DNA of 60,493 nucleotides, filler included, from Hausera hauseri (Eukaryota): NCBI GenBank assembly GCA_046269625.1. It is 11 parts of 11 records of this genome, joined end to end, with 100 filler letters (N's around TTAATTAATTAA, not from the genome) between each part and the next. Parts side by side here need not be neighbours in the genome. Positions count along the whole stretch, not along the records: positions 1 to 4,560 come from JBJURY010527901.1; positions 4,661 to 13,240 come from JBJURY010593222.1; 9 more parts are not named here. One strand, 5' to 3'. Shown piece by piece: positions 1 to 12,010 of this stretch (position 1 is its first letter; each line of letters starts with the position of its first letter). The notes under the pieces were generated by a model. It saw only the letters and a program-made list of their open reading frames with translations, ran no database searches and was not told where the DNA came from. The position numbers and the translations under genes were made by a program.

Positions 1-2760
1 AAACGGTCTACCCATGTCAAAATATATTCGTTATTTTTGAGTTGTAGGTAACGGTCCTACTATATCCACAGACATAGCCTGCATAGGTCTATCTGGTACG
101 TCGATTGGTTTCAATTCTGCTATATAGTTTTTTACTTTGTTTTGTTGCGCAGACTTCACAAGCGTCCACCAAATTTTTCACATCGATATAAACGCTTGGC
201 CAGTAATACTTATTCAATATCCTTTCTAATGTTTTCTTCCATGACATGTCCGGCTAGATGTGAATCATGTTCAACCATTAGTACTTCTGTGCGTAATCCT
301 TTTGGAATAACTACCAGTTTCCATCCTTTGCGTTCATAATATAAAATATTATCCGGATTTGATGCATATTTATGTCCGTGTCTCTGTAAGTGTTTTTTTA
401 GTTGACGCCCTTTTGGTATCTCATCTTGCTCGGAAAGTTTGACTATTTGTTGGATAACTTTATCTTTGGCTTGTTTGGCAGAAATTTTGATTGTTTTATT
501 TAGTGTCAAGGTCCGTTGTCGCTCTACTAAATCTTCCAGTTGAGCTTTCTTCATGGTTCTAATTGTACTTGTCTTTGTTTTAAGTCTTGATAAGGCGTCT
601 GCGTCTATATGTTTACTTCCGGGTTTATATTGAAATTCAATATTGTACCGCGAAATTTCCTCAATCCATCGATTCAATCTACACGTCGGATTATTAGCTT
701 GTCCCTTTAGCGTGGTAACAACTTTATGATCGGTAACTATAATAATTTTCTGTTCTTAGACAGACATTAAAATGTCTCAAGGCTTCTTTTACGGCTAGTG
801 TCTCTAAATCAGTGACTGAATAGTTTTTCTCAGCTGTCTTAAGCGATCGTCCTCTGTATGCAATTGGATGCTCCAATTTTATCGTCTTCTCATTTTTGAG
901 CTAATTCGTAACCAATTCTTTCCTTACTTGTGTCTGTTTTAATTATAAATGGTAAATTGCAATCCGGGTATCGTAACACTGGTTCACTCGTTAAAATGTT
1001 CTTCATTTCGTCGAATGCTTTCTGTTCAACATCGGTCCATTTCCATTTGATGCCTTTTTAATAACCGATATAACGGCGCATTTATTTTCGAATTGTCTGG
1101 TACGTAGGTGGCATAATATCCGCATAAGCCTAACCAATGTCTTAATTCTTTCTGATTTTGGGGTTCCATACAATCTGATATTTTGTTTAATAAGGATTTG
1201 TCTGGTTTTAATCCTCCTTCTCCAACTATATGTCCAAGATAAGATACAGAATTTTGTGCCCATTTACATTTCTTTGGGTTCAGTTTTAACCCTGCTTGTT
1301 CCAATCGCATAACAGTATCCTCGATGTCCTTTATATGTTCTTCTTCTGTTTTTGATGCTATCATTACATCGTCTAGATATGCGAACGCATGATCTAATCC
1401 CATTAGCATCTTATTCATCATTCTGGTAAAAATATCTGGGCCAATTGTTATACCGAACGGCATGACACTAAATTTGTAAACTCCGTCGTGTGTCTTAAAC
1501 GCTGTTTTATAACAATCATCTTATTCAATTTCCACTTGCCAGTATCCGGATTGTAAATCCAGTATGGTAAACCATTTTGCTCCTGATAATCTGTCTAGAG
1601 CTTCTTTTACTGATGGGAACGGAAATGAGTCTTTCATCATAAGTGTGTTTAGGGCTCGGTAATCTATACAGAATCGATGTTTTGTGGTACCTTTTTTCTT
1701 GACCATGAGTATTGGTGAGTACCAAGATCGGTAGTTTGGTTGTATTATGTCGGACTTTAACATGCGTTCCACATCTTTAGTTATTTCTGGCCTTAATGAA
1801 TGCGGTGGTGGGTACCATTTTGGCGTCTTTTGCTCTTCCAAGTCAATTTCATCACTAGAGCCAGGTTTCTTTTTTAATGGAATCGTTAATCTTAAGGTTT
1901 TCGCTCTGCCTATATCTTCTTCATTTTGGGCAATAATTGACTTATATTTGCATAGTAATTCGTAAAATTGACAATATGTTTCTGGTAAAAACTTTGTTTT
2001 GACATGGGGTGGAATTTCGGCATATTTATATGGTTTTTCTTCAATTGTTATTGCTGATACCTTATAAGTATGACCCAATGTAGTATTAGCATACAGCTTT
2101 ACAGGCGTTGGTGCATTATTTACTAATCTGGTTGGTACTCTTCCGGTCGTTACTCTTGTCAAAATGTTACTAAGTATGATATTCGGATTAACGTCTTCTT
2201 GTGGTTCAAAATATACAGGCTGGTCGTCCTTCTCGCGGATTTGAGCATAAATTAGCATCTCGGTTCTAGGCGGAATATTTTCATCGACGAGAATCCATAC
2301 TTCTCCCTGTTTCCTTTCTTTTATTGCCTTAATACCTTTCACTGGTCCGAGTTCAAGTAATTTTCCAGTCTGTAAGTTTATTGCAATATTGGGTAATTGT
2401 TTTAATATGTCGCAACCTAGCACTATATCGTCGGTTAATTGATCTATTACGGCAAACTCATATCGTAAAATTTGACCCATTAAGTGGACTAAAGGACTTT
2501 ATTTAAATTTTGGTTTGGATTCTTGCCCGAAGACTTCTATGCTGCCTGGGTTTGATGATGATGCTAGCTGCAGTTGTTTTCGGAGTGTCGGCGGTATCGA
2601 TTCTAATTTGATAAACGATTTCTCTGATCCGGTGTCTATTAAGGCATAGACTACCCAATCTTCTATAGTAACTTTTGTAAAGGGTCTTCCTTCCATGACT
2701 GACCCATAACAACTCGACACGTCCTTTGGTCGTTTAACTGAAGAAATTTTATGTCCGTTT
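1..2760 (-). mobile_element. Ty3/Gypsy pol (PR-RT-RNase H-integrase N-part), decayed, truncated at window start
   Basis: Protease YALIDTGSEKSFI; RT motifs RFCIDYRALN, LDLQSGYWQV, MPFGITIGP, AYLDDVMI; RNase H end YKPGSKHIDADALSR; integrase HHCC (HDSHLAGH) and SVDIVGPLP near base 60. Order PR-RT-RH-IN indicates Metaviridae. ORFs 2499-3644, 1521-2480 and 1026-1463 share one frame with single in-frame stops. Confidence 0.95.
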
Positions 2761-3349
2761 ATTGTTATCTCTAGTGATGAAATAATATTTTCGCTCAGCT
2801 GTTTCAGTTCTTCGTCAGGGTATAAGTCGTTAACTGCCATGTTATTTGCATTGTTTCTGATTAATGGTTCTTGTACTATTGTATTTTGGAACGATTTCAC
2901 TCCTTGCGTTCTCCAGACTGTTGATCTGGTCTCTATATTGCGAGCTATTCTCGGTGAGTACAATATCCTGTGGTCGTCTAACGCTCGTCGTTGATTAGTG
3001 ATTTGCATTTTCTTTAAGACTCCATATTGTTTTGTTCCTTTATAAGGATCTTCATAGCTGAAAGGTTTCTGACAGAATGCCGATCTATATGACATCATAG
3101 ATGTTTTGTCGCAATCTTCGTATATTGTACCCTTTGGTAGCATGATGGGCAAGGGTGCCGTGATTACTGAATACATTTTGTGTATGTTCGGTCCGAGGAT
3201 TACTTCTCCTCCCTTAGGCTTATCATCATTGGAACTATTTCTTCGTGTCATTGGTCTTTTAGCCTTGTGTTTCAGTCGAAATATGGGTCTTGTTCGACTT
3301 TTATACTTATAGTAACTGACATGGCGTTCAACGTCATTTTTCCATCGAT

Positions 3350-4560
3350 TTCCTTCGTATGCTTTAAGCATTTTGCCAAACGGTGTGATAGTTGCGGTTA
3401 AGATCTTGCAAGAAAATCCTGTTAGCGTGAATATTTTATAACCGTTTATAACCGCTTGAATTACCACCTCTACTAGTTGTACCATGAAATAGATTGCTAA
3501 GAATCCAGATGCAGCTTGTCCAAAAATGAAAAATCTTCCCCATATCTTGTAGAGTATTTTGGTGGTTACCCGTTGGTAATGATTCGCGCTAAGCAGGGAT
3601 TCCCATTTCGCCTGGTAGCGGGTGTCATCTACTACTGATGCCATAACCCAATTTAGTTCGTGTGTTCGCTGTCGTGGAAAAGCAAGAAATTGTCGAAAGC
3701 TTCGATTTCCTTGAGCCTGTAAATGCCCTTTTGGGATGTGTCCTGAAACTTGTCATCAGTAATTCCTTTTGATAAATTAGTTCCAGTTAGTTTTTTAGGA
3801 ATAATAGTGACACCTCCGTTTGGTAAGCTGACCCAATTCGTTTCGCTACGCCTAAACATTGGTTCATCCAAACTTGCTTTGCAATCCTTCAATATTATAG
3901 GTTGTGTTGCGTTGTCTAACAATACTCTAGTAAGAGGCATGGCTAACCGCGGGGTATTCTGGTAGATTACAGGAAGCTCTTGTATGCATCGTTTTTCTTC
4001 AACGTTAATTGGTACATTTCGTTTCTCGCATTCATATGTCAGTAAAACGTCACCAGTAACTCGACCAAAAATTCCTTCTCTCATGGGAATAATCGGTGAG
4101 CCTAGCTCCGGATTCGCATAAATAAGAGCTAATTTTGTCTTCAAAATTTCTGTATCTATTTGCAGTCATTATTTGTCATTTTGTGATATAGTTCGGCTAT
4201 CCCGACTTGTCCTTTGTAATAAAAATAATCATCTCGGTTTTTCAGATAATCTTCGATTTTAATATCTTGCGTTTCTAAGTTATATGTTTCCGCGTTTATC
4301 TCCGTTTCTGCGACGAAGAACGCCTCGTAATTGGTGGTGAACATTACTACTTCGCATTCATTTCCTTTTTTATGAATTTCAATCCATGTTGTTCAGAGAT
4401 TAATATTGTAGGTGTATGGTGTTCTGATACGTCTTCACGTGCTCTTGAACTTATATCAGATTTGTCTACGTATCGTTTTTCGGTAGTTTCATTAAATTTC
4501 AATTCCTTAATCTTAATAAAATTACAGGCTTTTCCGGTGGGCGGTTCCCATATGACGACA
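3350..4560 (-). pseudogene. Chuvirus/Monjiviricetes-like glycoprotein (env-like), C-terminal half, frameshifted, 5' end cut by contig edge
   Basis: Motif series W..PTGKAC, CEVVMFTTNY, GIFGRVTGDVLLTYEC, RCIQELPVIY..PLTRVL, GIY, then the hydrophobic segment WGRFFIFGQAASGFLAIYFMVQLVEVVIQAVINGYKIFTLTGFS. This matches my recollection of the chuvirus G consensus. Confidence 0.75.
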
Positions 4561-4660
4561 NNNNNNNNNNNNNNNNNNNNNNNNNNNNNNNNNNNNNNNN
4601 NNNNTTAATTAATTAANNNNNNNNNNNNNNNNNNNNNNNNNNNNNNNNNNNNNNNNNNNN
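4561..4660. other. Artificial contig linker. Others at 13241-13340, 19905-20004, 24131-24230, 29953-30052, 35711-35810, 40707-40806, 45067-45166, 49289-49388 and 56101-56200
   Basis: N44-TTAATTAATTAA-N44 (stops in all six frames), identical 10 times. Confidence 0.99.
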
Positions 4661-6875
4661 ATAGGTTCAACGGCAGTTACAACCTTAAGAACGTCATCAA
4701 GCCAGTTTTCCTGTAGCTGTATGGATTAGAAATTTTTTGTTTGTGTTTAAAAATGAAAAACGAATATGTGACAAATGATTGTAGTGGATGTGTATGAAAA
4801 ATATAAATATGATTTTCAAAGTTTTTTCCAAACAAATTATTTTGGCCGGATGGCTATGTAATTAAAAAACAGGCCATATAGAAACAATACAATAAATGTT
4901 GTTAAAAATAATTATGTTAAGCACAAAAGCGAACAATTTAATATGGCAAGTCGAACTGCTGGCAAAGTTACAATATTCAAATGCTGACTGTGTCTCCCTA
5001 CTGATTCTAGATGTTCTAGGTAGATTAGGTAGTTGTAATCAGTTTCTAGGTAGATAAGCCATATATGTTTGTCGAATTGTATACTATAATGTGTGGGAGT
5101 GAATCACATCCATAGAAATGTATTATCACACGATTAAAAAAAAACAAGTTTTGAATTTCTAAATATTATATTAATCATATGTATATTACTGATAAAATAC
5201 ACGGCATATAAACTGTCATGTAACATAAATGATTTACTGTGAAAAAAAATTTGATAATTAAATGTGTTTCAGTATATAAAGTAGATACATTTTTGAACTT
5301 ACTTCTCGTTTTCCGCTAATAATAGGTACGAGAATAGGTTCAACGGCAGTTACAACCTTAAGAACGTCATCAAGCCAGTTTTCCTGTAGCTGTATGGATT
5401 AGAAATTTTTCGTTTGTGTTTAAAAATGAAAAACGAATATGTGACAAATGACTGTAGTGGATGTGTTTGAAAAATATAAATATGATTTTCAAAGTTTTTT
5501 TCAAGCAAATTATTTTAGCCGGATGGCTATGTAATTAAAAAACAGGCCACATAGAAACAATACAATAAATGTTGTTAAAAATAATTATGTTAAGCAGAAA
5601 AGGGAACAATTTAGAAAATATCCCCCAGAAAAGGCGCTAACAAGATTAACTTCTGGGATGGTCGGAAAGATTTCAGGTGAGATTCGTACTGAAAATACGA
5701 GTCAGAATGTTATGATTCTTAAATAGTTTGTGTTCTGGGCGCACACTATACATTAAGCAGTGTTCTTGTCTATCTTTTACTCAATTTTTCTCCATGTGAA
5801 CATTTGTCCCCTATTACTTCCATTCCAATTTTGCGTTTTATATTACAATGCTCGTCAGTATATTGTTGCAGTTTGTTATGTTTCTAGGAGATTTCAAATG
5901 TCAAGTATTTATTTTTATCGCATGTCTGTTTTAGGCTTAAAATGTTTGATAACTCATGTATTGGTATTTGTCACACCAGTGTATGTGATCGAAATTCCAA
6001 TACGTTTCATTCGGAAACGTTATCACGAAGAATATTTTCAAATTTTTCATCCCGTGTACATGTTCATCTCCATCAAACAGTGAAGTACATTATGTAAAGA
6101 ATGTCAAACACTGTTTCCATGGTAATAATATTAATAAACTTTATTTTCAAAGGGTTGAGAATTGGGCACCCAGGCCGTCATACCTTCTGCCCTTCGTGTC
6201 TCACAATCATCATACTGGACACAGTAGTAACAGAGTTAAAGCAATATACAGAGTTCAGGTCATGAACACACATCCTATCGTGCAATCTGTCAGTTATAAC
6301 ATGTCAAGAAAATGAATCAAAATCAACAAACCAACCACACCAAAAAAATCCCATTTTACAGTGGGGAATGAAAATATTCACATTAGTATTCAACTTAGTA
6401 ATGAATGCCGTCAAGGAAGCAGAGAGTCAGCATTTGTGAGGAATCCAAATAATTTGGAGTTGAAAGAATATGGACTACACTTAGTCTTCAAGTTATTTTT
6501 CAAGCTGTACGATAAGGGGTTCATCGGCAGTTACAACCTTAAGAACGTCATCGAGCCAGTCCTCCTGTAGTTATATTGACTAGAAATTATTTGTTTATGT
6601 TTAAAACTGAAAGCGAATCTGTGAGAAAAGATTCTTGTTGATGTGTTAGAAAAATATATAATGGTTTTGAAAATATTTTCGAAACACATTATTTTAGTCG
6701 GTTGGCTATGTAATTAAAAAACAGTCCATATTTAAACAATACAATAAATGTTAAAAATTATTATGTTAAGCACAACAGCGAAAAATTTAGAGAATATCCC
6801 ATAGAAGAGGGGCTAACTTGATTAACTTCCGGGATGGTCGCAAAGATTTCAGGTAATATTCATACTGAAAATACG
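4661..6875. repeat. Tandem exon-plus-intron duplications (about 4661-4940, 5335-5700, 6515-6875)
   Basis: Near-identical ~280-bp blocks starting ggttcaacggcagttacaaccttaagaacgtcatc; copies 2 and 3 share a further ~85 bp. Confidence 0.9.
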
Positions 6876-9238
6876 ATATGCTTTATTGTTTAAAGCTGAT
6901 AACAAAATGTGTGAGGTAACATGTAAATTCTTTTTTTTCGAAACATTTTAATCATTTGACTATGCCATTTAAAATAGGCCAGATATAAATGTGTAATAAA
7001 ACTTGCATTGAAAATGTGTCACAACAATTGATGTGTTCTATACATCGACAAATCCACTTATCCTGATTCTGGATTTCCATTTCTTATAACTTGCTTAGTG
7101 TTCATCTTTCTACTCTAACTGGAAGAAACTTTCTGTTTGGTATCCGGTAAATTGATTACTAAAATATGTAACTGCACTAAATTCAATTAATATACGAACA
7201 TAAAATGATATACAGGTGTCTAGGCGAGGTGCTTCCTTAAATAGAAGTTGTTAATGTTAAAAGGATTGATTACAGTGCATGAAAGTTACTTTAGGATAAC
7301 TAAATTTTCCTTTTAACAAAATAATTTTGAACCTACCTCTCGTTTGCCGCCAGCAGAAATTATGTGCTCGATGGTGTTAACAACTTTAATAACATCTTCC
7401 AGCAAGTTATCCTGTAGCTGTGTGTGTGGCATATAGATTATTCGTGTATTTTAACAAACAAATGTGAGTGGAGAGCTTCAAAATATCAACATAGAGTTGT
7501 GTTCAATAATTTAAAAATCTGTTTCTTAATGTGTTTATAACGTGTCAAAATTACATACAATCGGTTGATGGATCACATGATTAAAAACAAATGTTTGCGA
7601 GTCAGTCAGTTTGTTTGGTAGCATCTTAGTTAGTTGATTACATGGTTGCTTAATTACGTCAAATTATCATCCTCTGTCCAGACGATAAACGTGTGTTTAG
7701 AAAAACTTTCAGACGGTCAAATGTATTTTTTTTTTCTTTGTGATCCCAGAAACATGGTAATGTGTCACCAAGACATTTCAACCATTTCAACCATTACCAA
7801 AACATTTCAACCATTACACATGAGCCACCCAGGCGGACATTTCTGAGGAAGTGAATTTCTTCACACTGGTCGAGACACCAGTGACCGAAAATGCATTGGT
7901 AACAATCGAGAAGTCATACCTGGTGGGAATTCCAGCCCAGAATCATATAAATCAATCATTTTCTCTTTTAACACCAACCTGAATGCTGACGTCGCAAAAA
8001 AAAAAAAAAAAAAGAAAAAAATTGATGCACCCCAAAGTGCATCAAGTGTTATATCTTAAGATTAGCTCTACATTAGGCCAGACAACCAACACACGAGTCG
8101 TTCCTTATGTGACTTTCTTTCTCTCACTCTCCTCTTTGTACCCCTCACGGCCTATAATGCATGGACTGTTAATGAGAAGGGATATTCATAACAGTTCAAA
8201 CGTTACATTCCGAAAATCAATGAAGCCGTGTTGTACCTTCTAATAGCTTTATCCAAGATTTTAGCATCCTTTTAAAAGACTCGACTATAGAAGCTGAACC
8301 CTCAATTCAATAACTGGGGAACCAGAAAACTGGCTGGAGAAGGGGCGGTTTTTTGGTATATAAATGAAACCGAAACGGTACAGGGCAAATAATAATTAAA
8401 GAATAGAATAGGAGAAGTGAGTATATTCCAGCTTCTCTTGAAGAATAGGCCATTACCGGTAACGAATTTTTTTACGTCAAACTTGAGTTGCTTGAGGACG
8501 ACACCTGAACTGCGCACTAGAGAAAACACGCTTGTAAATGTCACTGATTTACTCGATGGTTTTAACCACATAACCGTTTCATGTGCCATAATGATGATAA
8601 AAGAACATAGGCACGGAATGAGCAAAGTTTAATTTAGTTAATAAACCATCATCCTTGCACAAGTTATCTCATCTCCTTGTTAGCAATCAGAGGTGCTCAG
8701 TCCAGTGTAGACATTCCATAGGAGCGACGATGGTCCACAATGCTTTTTGTAGATATTTTATTAGGGACCACGGCTGTTGAACTTCGCCTTTCGATTTCAA
8801 CCAAACAATGGATCTTTCACTATTCAAATTTTCTCACGAATCTCCTATTTTTTCGTCCGTTTCCTACAGGGTTAAGTGCGTATCCAATCGATTTTGGAAC
8901 CAGGGGATGTCTGTTTTTAATTCATTTATTCGCGTGAAAAATCGGGTGTCAAAGACAGTTTTCCCGGGTTTCAAATCCTCATGATGCGTGCCACAGTCCT
9001 AAGAGCAGATGCAAAACATCACATCTTTCTGGTAGGGTGTACTCGAAACGAAAGTATTAATTTGTGCTTGTCTAAGTTAAAATGCTGAAACGGAAAAGGA
9101 ATCCACGAAGCTCCATCCACGGGCCAATTCTGGATTACGCTCTTTGACTAAGCAGGAGTAACAAAACCTTACCTCTGTTACTGGAGCAGCAGTGATGGCG
9201 CCAAGGAGCACGAGGATGACGATGCCTGTCTTAATCAT
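4661..9238 (-). CDS. Spliced secreted multi-peptide precursor (signal exon plus repeated peptide exons), 3' end cut by contig edge
   Basis: Exon 9238-9173 MIKTGIVILVLLGAITAAPVTE|gtaagg, with acceptor tgcag at 9256-9260. Exon 7417-7337 cag|LQDNLLEDVIKVVNTIEHIISAGGKRE|gtaggt. Exon 5389-5303 cag|LQENWLDDVLKVVTAVEPILVPIISGKRE|gtaagt. Exon 4716-4661 has an identical start and is truncated. All are phase 0 with canonical splice sites. Confidence 0.75.
6493..6570 (-). pseudogene. Degenerate copy of the peptide exon (LQEDWLDDVLKVVTADEPLIVQLEK*)
   Basis: Homologous to the 5303-5389 exon, but the acceptor is changed (tacag to tataa) and the GKRE/donor end is replaced by a stop. Confidence 0.65.
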
Positions 9239-9959
9239 CCTGTCTGTCTGAACGTCTGCAATTATTTTCAGAGAAAAATGAAGATAAACAAATAAATGAA
9301 CGCAAGGTAGGCACTTTACAATTTATGCCAGGTAAAATTTGATTCTTGTCACTGATACGCACACAGCAGTGCTACATGCCAGTGTTATTTATCACTAAAT
9401 GTCAGTTAGTCATCATATCATCATCACTGCACCTTGATGAAATAGATACGTGCTCCAATTTCATCATGAGAACATTCGTCAACCGACAATTCAAGTTATT
9501 TTTTAGTTAATGAGCAATTTTCTTTTCACGTATGATTGTAATTTTCAGCACTTGAATCTTACCACGATTCATTACTCTACCGTTTACTACTTGCTTTCCT
9601 CGCAATACTGTCTGCACGTTCATTTATTTTATTAATGTCATTTGGTAATATACCTGATGGCCATTGTGATGATGTATTCCTTTTAGTCGTGAGCGAGTTG
9701 TTGTTAAAAGTAATTTGCATTACAGTTGCGACGGTGATTGTAGAATATGTTTTTGATTGTTGAATCTATTGCAAGAAACACTTGGGACACGGAGACAGAC
9801 TTCACGCAGTGGCTTTATGTTTATGATGATGATGTATTGTTTTCAGTCGTGAGCAGGTTGTTGTTAACAGTAGTTTGCCTTTCAGTTGCGTCGATGATGT
9901 GTAGAACGTTTTTTTCGATTGTGGGATGTATTGCGAGGAAAAACAAAGCAGGTCATTTA

Positions 9960-11150
9960 AGCGCGGCGATGTAAAAGTCTATTCCCCACGACTCTTCGTA
10001 ATGGTGAGTGTCCACGATTTTGTTCACTGTGGATCTAATCTGTTTAGATGTTTTTGACTGGAACATGACCGTGTCTCAGTTGGAATATTAAACTTTAGTC
10101 TCCTTGTTTGCATGTGCTTCTTATGGTCTTCTAAGTCTGGTTTCGTCTGGTTTATGATAGAGTCGACGACTTCTTTTGGAAGTGAGCCACTAGTTCAGCC
10201 ATTCGTCTCTGTAACTGTTGTTCAGAATTTGTCTGCTTGTTTGAAAGATGATGCTTGTTGGAAGCTGTGACATCGCTGCTCCTGTTTTTAATTTTCAGTC
10301 ACCTATCTGGAATTACGGCATGTCCATATGGCTTTCAACCGCTTAAGAGGTGAATATCTGATTTATTAATTTTTTAATATGTTCATAGCGTTAGATGACT
10401 CCCTCCTTTCTAAGGCTTGAACGGCTAAGTTTGAGTTAGTGAATATAATGAAATCATCAGGTGGTGTGATGCTACTTTCAGAAATGTGTTAGTATGTATT
10501 GCAGTGTCATTTCTATTGCTGTAATTCCTGCAAGGTAGTTTGAGTAGAATTCTACTGGGGCCAAGGATCTTTAGATTATTCTCTAGATGCGAATTCTGGT
10601 ACTTTATTAAAACCCTATAAAGTAGAGCACGTGGTGCATTTAAAGGCAGAAGAGTGCAGATGTGGAAGATATTGTGAGGCCATGTATCTATCTGAAGTTC
10701 TCAGAAGTCGTGTTAGGATCAGAGAGTTCAATCTCCACTGTGGGAATTGTTGTAATGTAATTGTTGTCTGCCTCTATGAAGGTTTGCTAATAACGTTTCT
10801 AAGTGATTTTCTATCTACTGGTATGTGGTGCTTGTAGCTAGTATCTCTTGCGTATTTGAGGTAAGATAGTTTCAGTATTTCCTGTCTTTCTATTATTTTC
10901 CTTCTCAGTTTTACTAGATCCATCATCAGATGCGTTTTCGCATCATACATTCTCTTTTCAGATATAGAGTTTCAAAGTTAGTATTAATTTCTGTTTCTTA
11001 ACTGAAATTCGGTTGGCTGAATTCTGCTTCGAATAAGCGTGGCCAGTTCTTGACATGTTATGCATTAGCCGCGTTAGCAGAAGTAAACTGTGCAGCATGT
11101 GATGATAGAAGCATTGCCTTTTGGATGAGGCTGCCATGAGTGTTCAGATC
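9960..11150 (-). mobile_element. Highly decayed non-LTR retrotransposon 3' region (RNase H-bearing LINE)
   Basis: DFIIFTNSNLAVQALE at about 10405-10455 resembles the RNase HI IxTDSxxAxxAL motif; a Cys/His-like remnant lies near 10000-10035; many stops. Confidence 0.4.
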
Positions 11151-11774
11151 CATACGCAACTCATTTTTTTTTTCTTAAGATGCCATTTAATATTTTTTAT
11201 GCTGTCTGTTTTATTAATTTAACAGTTATGTCCATGCATGTATTTTGTATTACTTTGGTCAATTTAACTGGTTTTAAGTGAGATCCTTGCCTGTTTTACT
11301 GCTTACATTTCTGTAAAATGTAACATAAGCAATAACAGTATATATATCATTATCCATAGAAGTAACAACCATACATGTAACAAAATCTACTTAAATCAAC
11401 AGAACTAAAAATAACATAGATACCAGTTTTATTTATAAAATAATAATATATAGACACCAATATCTTCCGAAGTAATGTTCGTAAATTCATCAGTATCTGT
11501 TTTTCACACTCGTATAAACATTACCACCCACTGAAGTTAAATTTGTAAAGGGACTCATTCATGCCTTAAAGAAGTATAAGGGAACGTGAAGTTGGTATCC
11601 ACATATTTTATTGACCAACGGCACGTAATTGCGTGTCTGGTCAGCATAATGTTAAGCTGCCTTTACTTTCCCAGAGAATTTCTCCTTAATCCATTTATAA
11701 AGCTAGGTGATCGAAAAGACATATGATTGAAAGCGAGCGCACTAACCACTACACTGTGGTGGCTTGAATTACAG

Positions 11775-11895
11775 GAGCAATAATCATAAAGAAATCGGCA
11801 TCTGCAGAAGTAACAGTCGTGTAGATATAAGCATCTACTGAAGTAATAGTCGTATAGACACACATATCTACTGAAGTAACCATCTTGTAGACTAA
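11775..11895. repeat. Short degenerate tandem repeat (~33-bp unit, about 3-4 copies)
   Basis: Recurring catctactgaagtaa(c/t)agtcgt(g/a)taga. Confidence 0.7.
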
Positions 11896-11912
11896 TGATA
11901 CAGAAGTGTGGC

Positions 11913-12010
11913 CCGAGGTTCGGAAATAGCCCGTCGAGGATGGTTTTCTGGACCGTTTAGTTTCAGTATTTTAATAATCATCATTATGAATGTTATGATC
12001 CGAACCTCGG
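11913..12010. repeat. Miniature inverted-repeat element candidate
   Basis: Perfect 12-bp inverted repeat CCGAGGTTCGGA (11913-11924) / TCCGAACCTCGG (11999-12010). Confidence 0.4.

Noticed and set aside
4561-4660. Recurrent TTAATTAATTAA palindrome flanked by Ns
   Set aside because: Artificial six-frame-stop contig linker. ORFs ending in X runs and any cross-linker gene clusters are artefacts.
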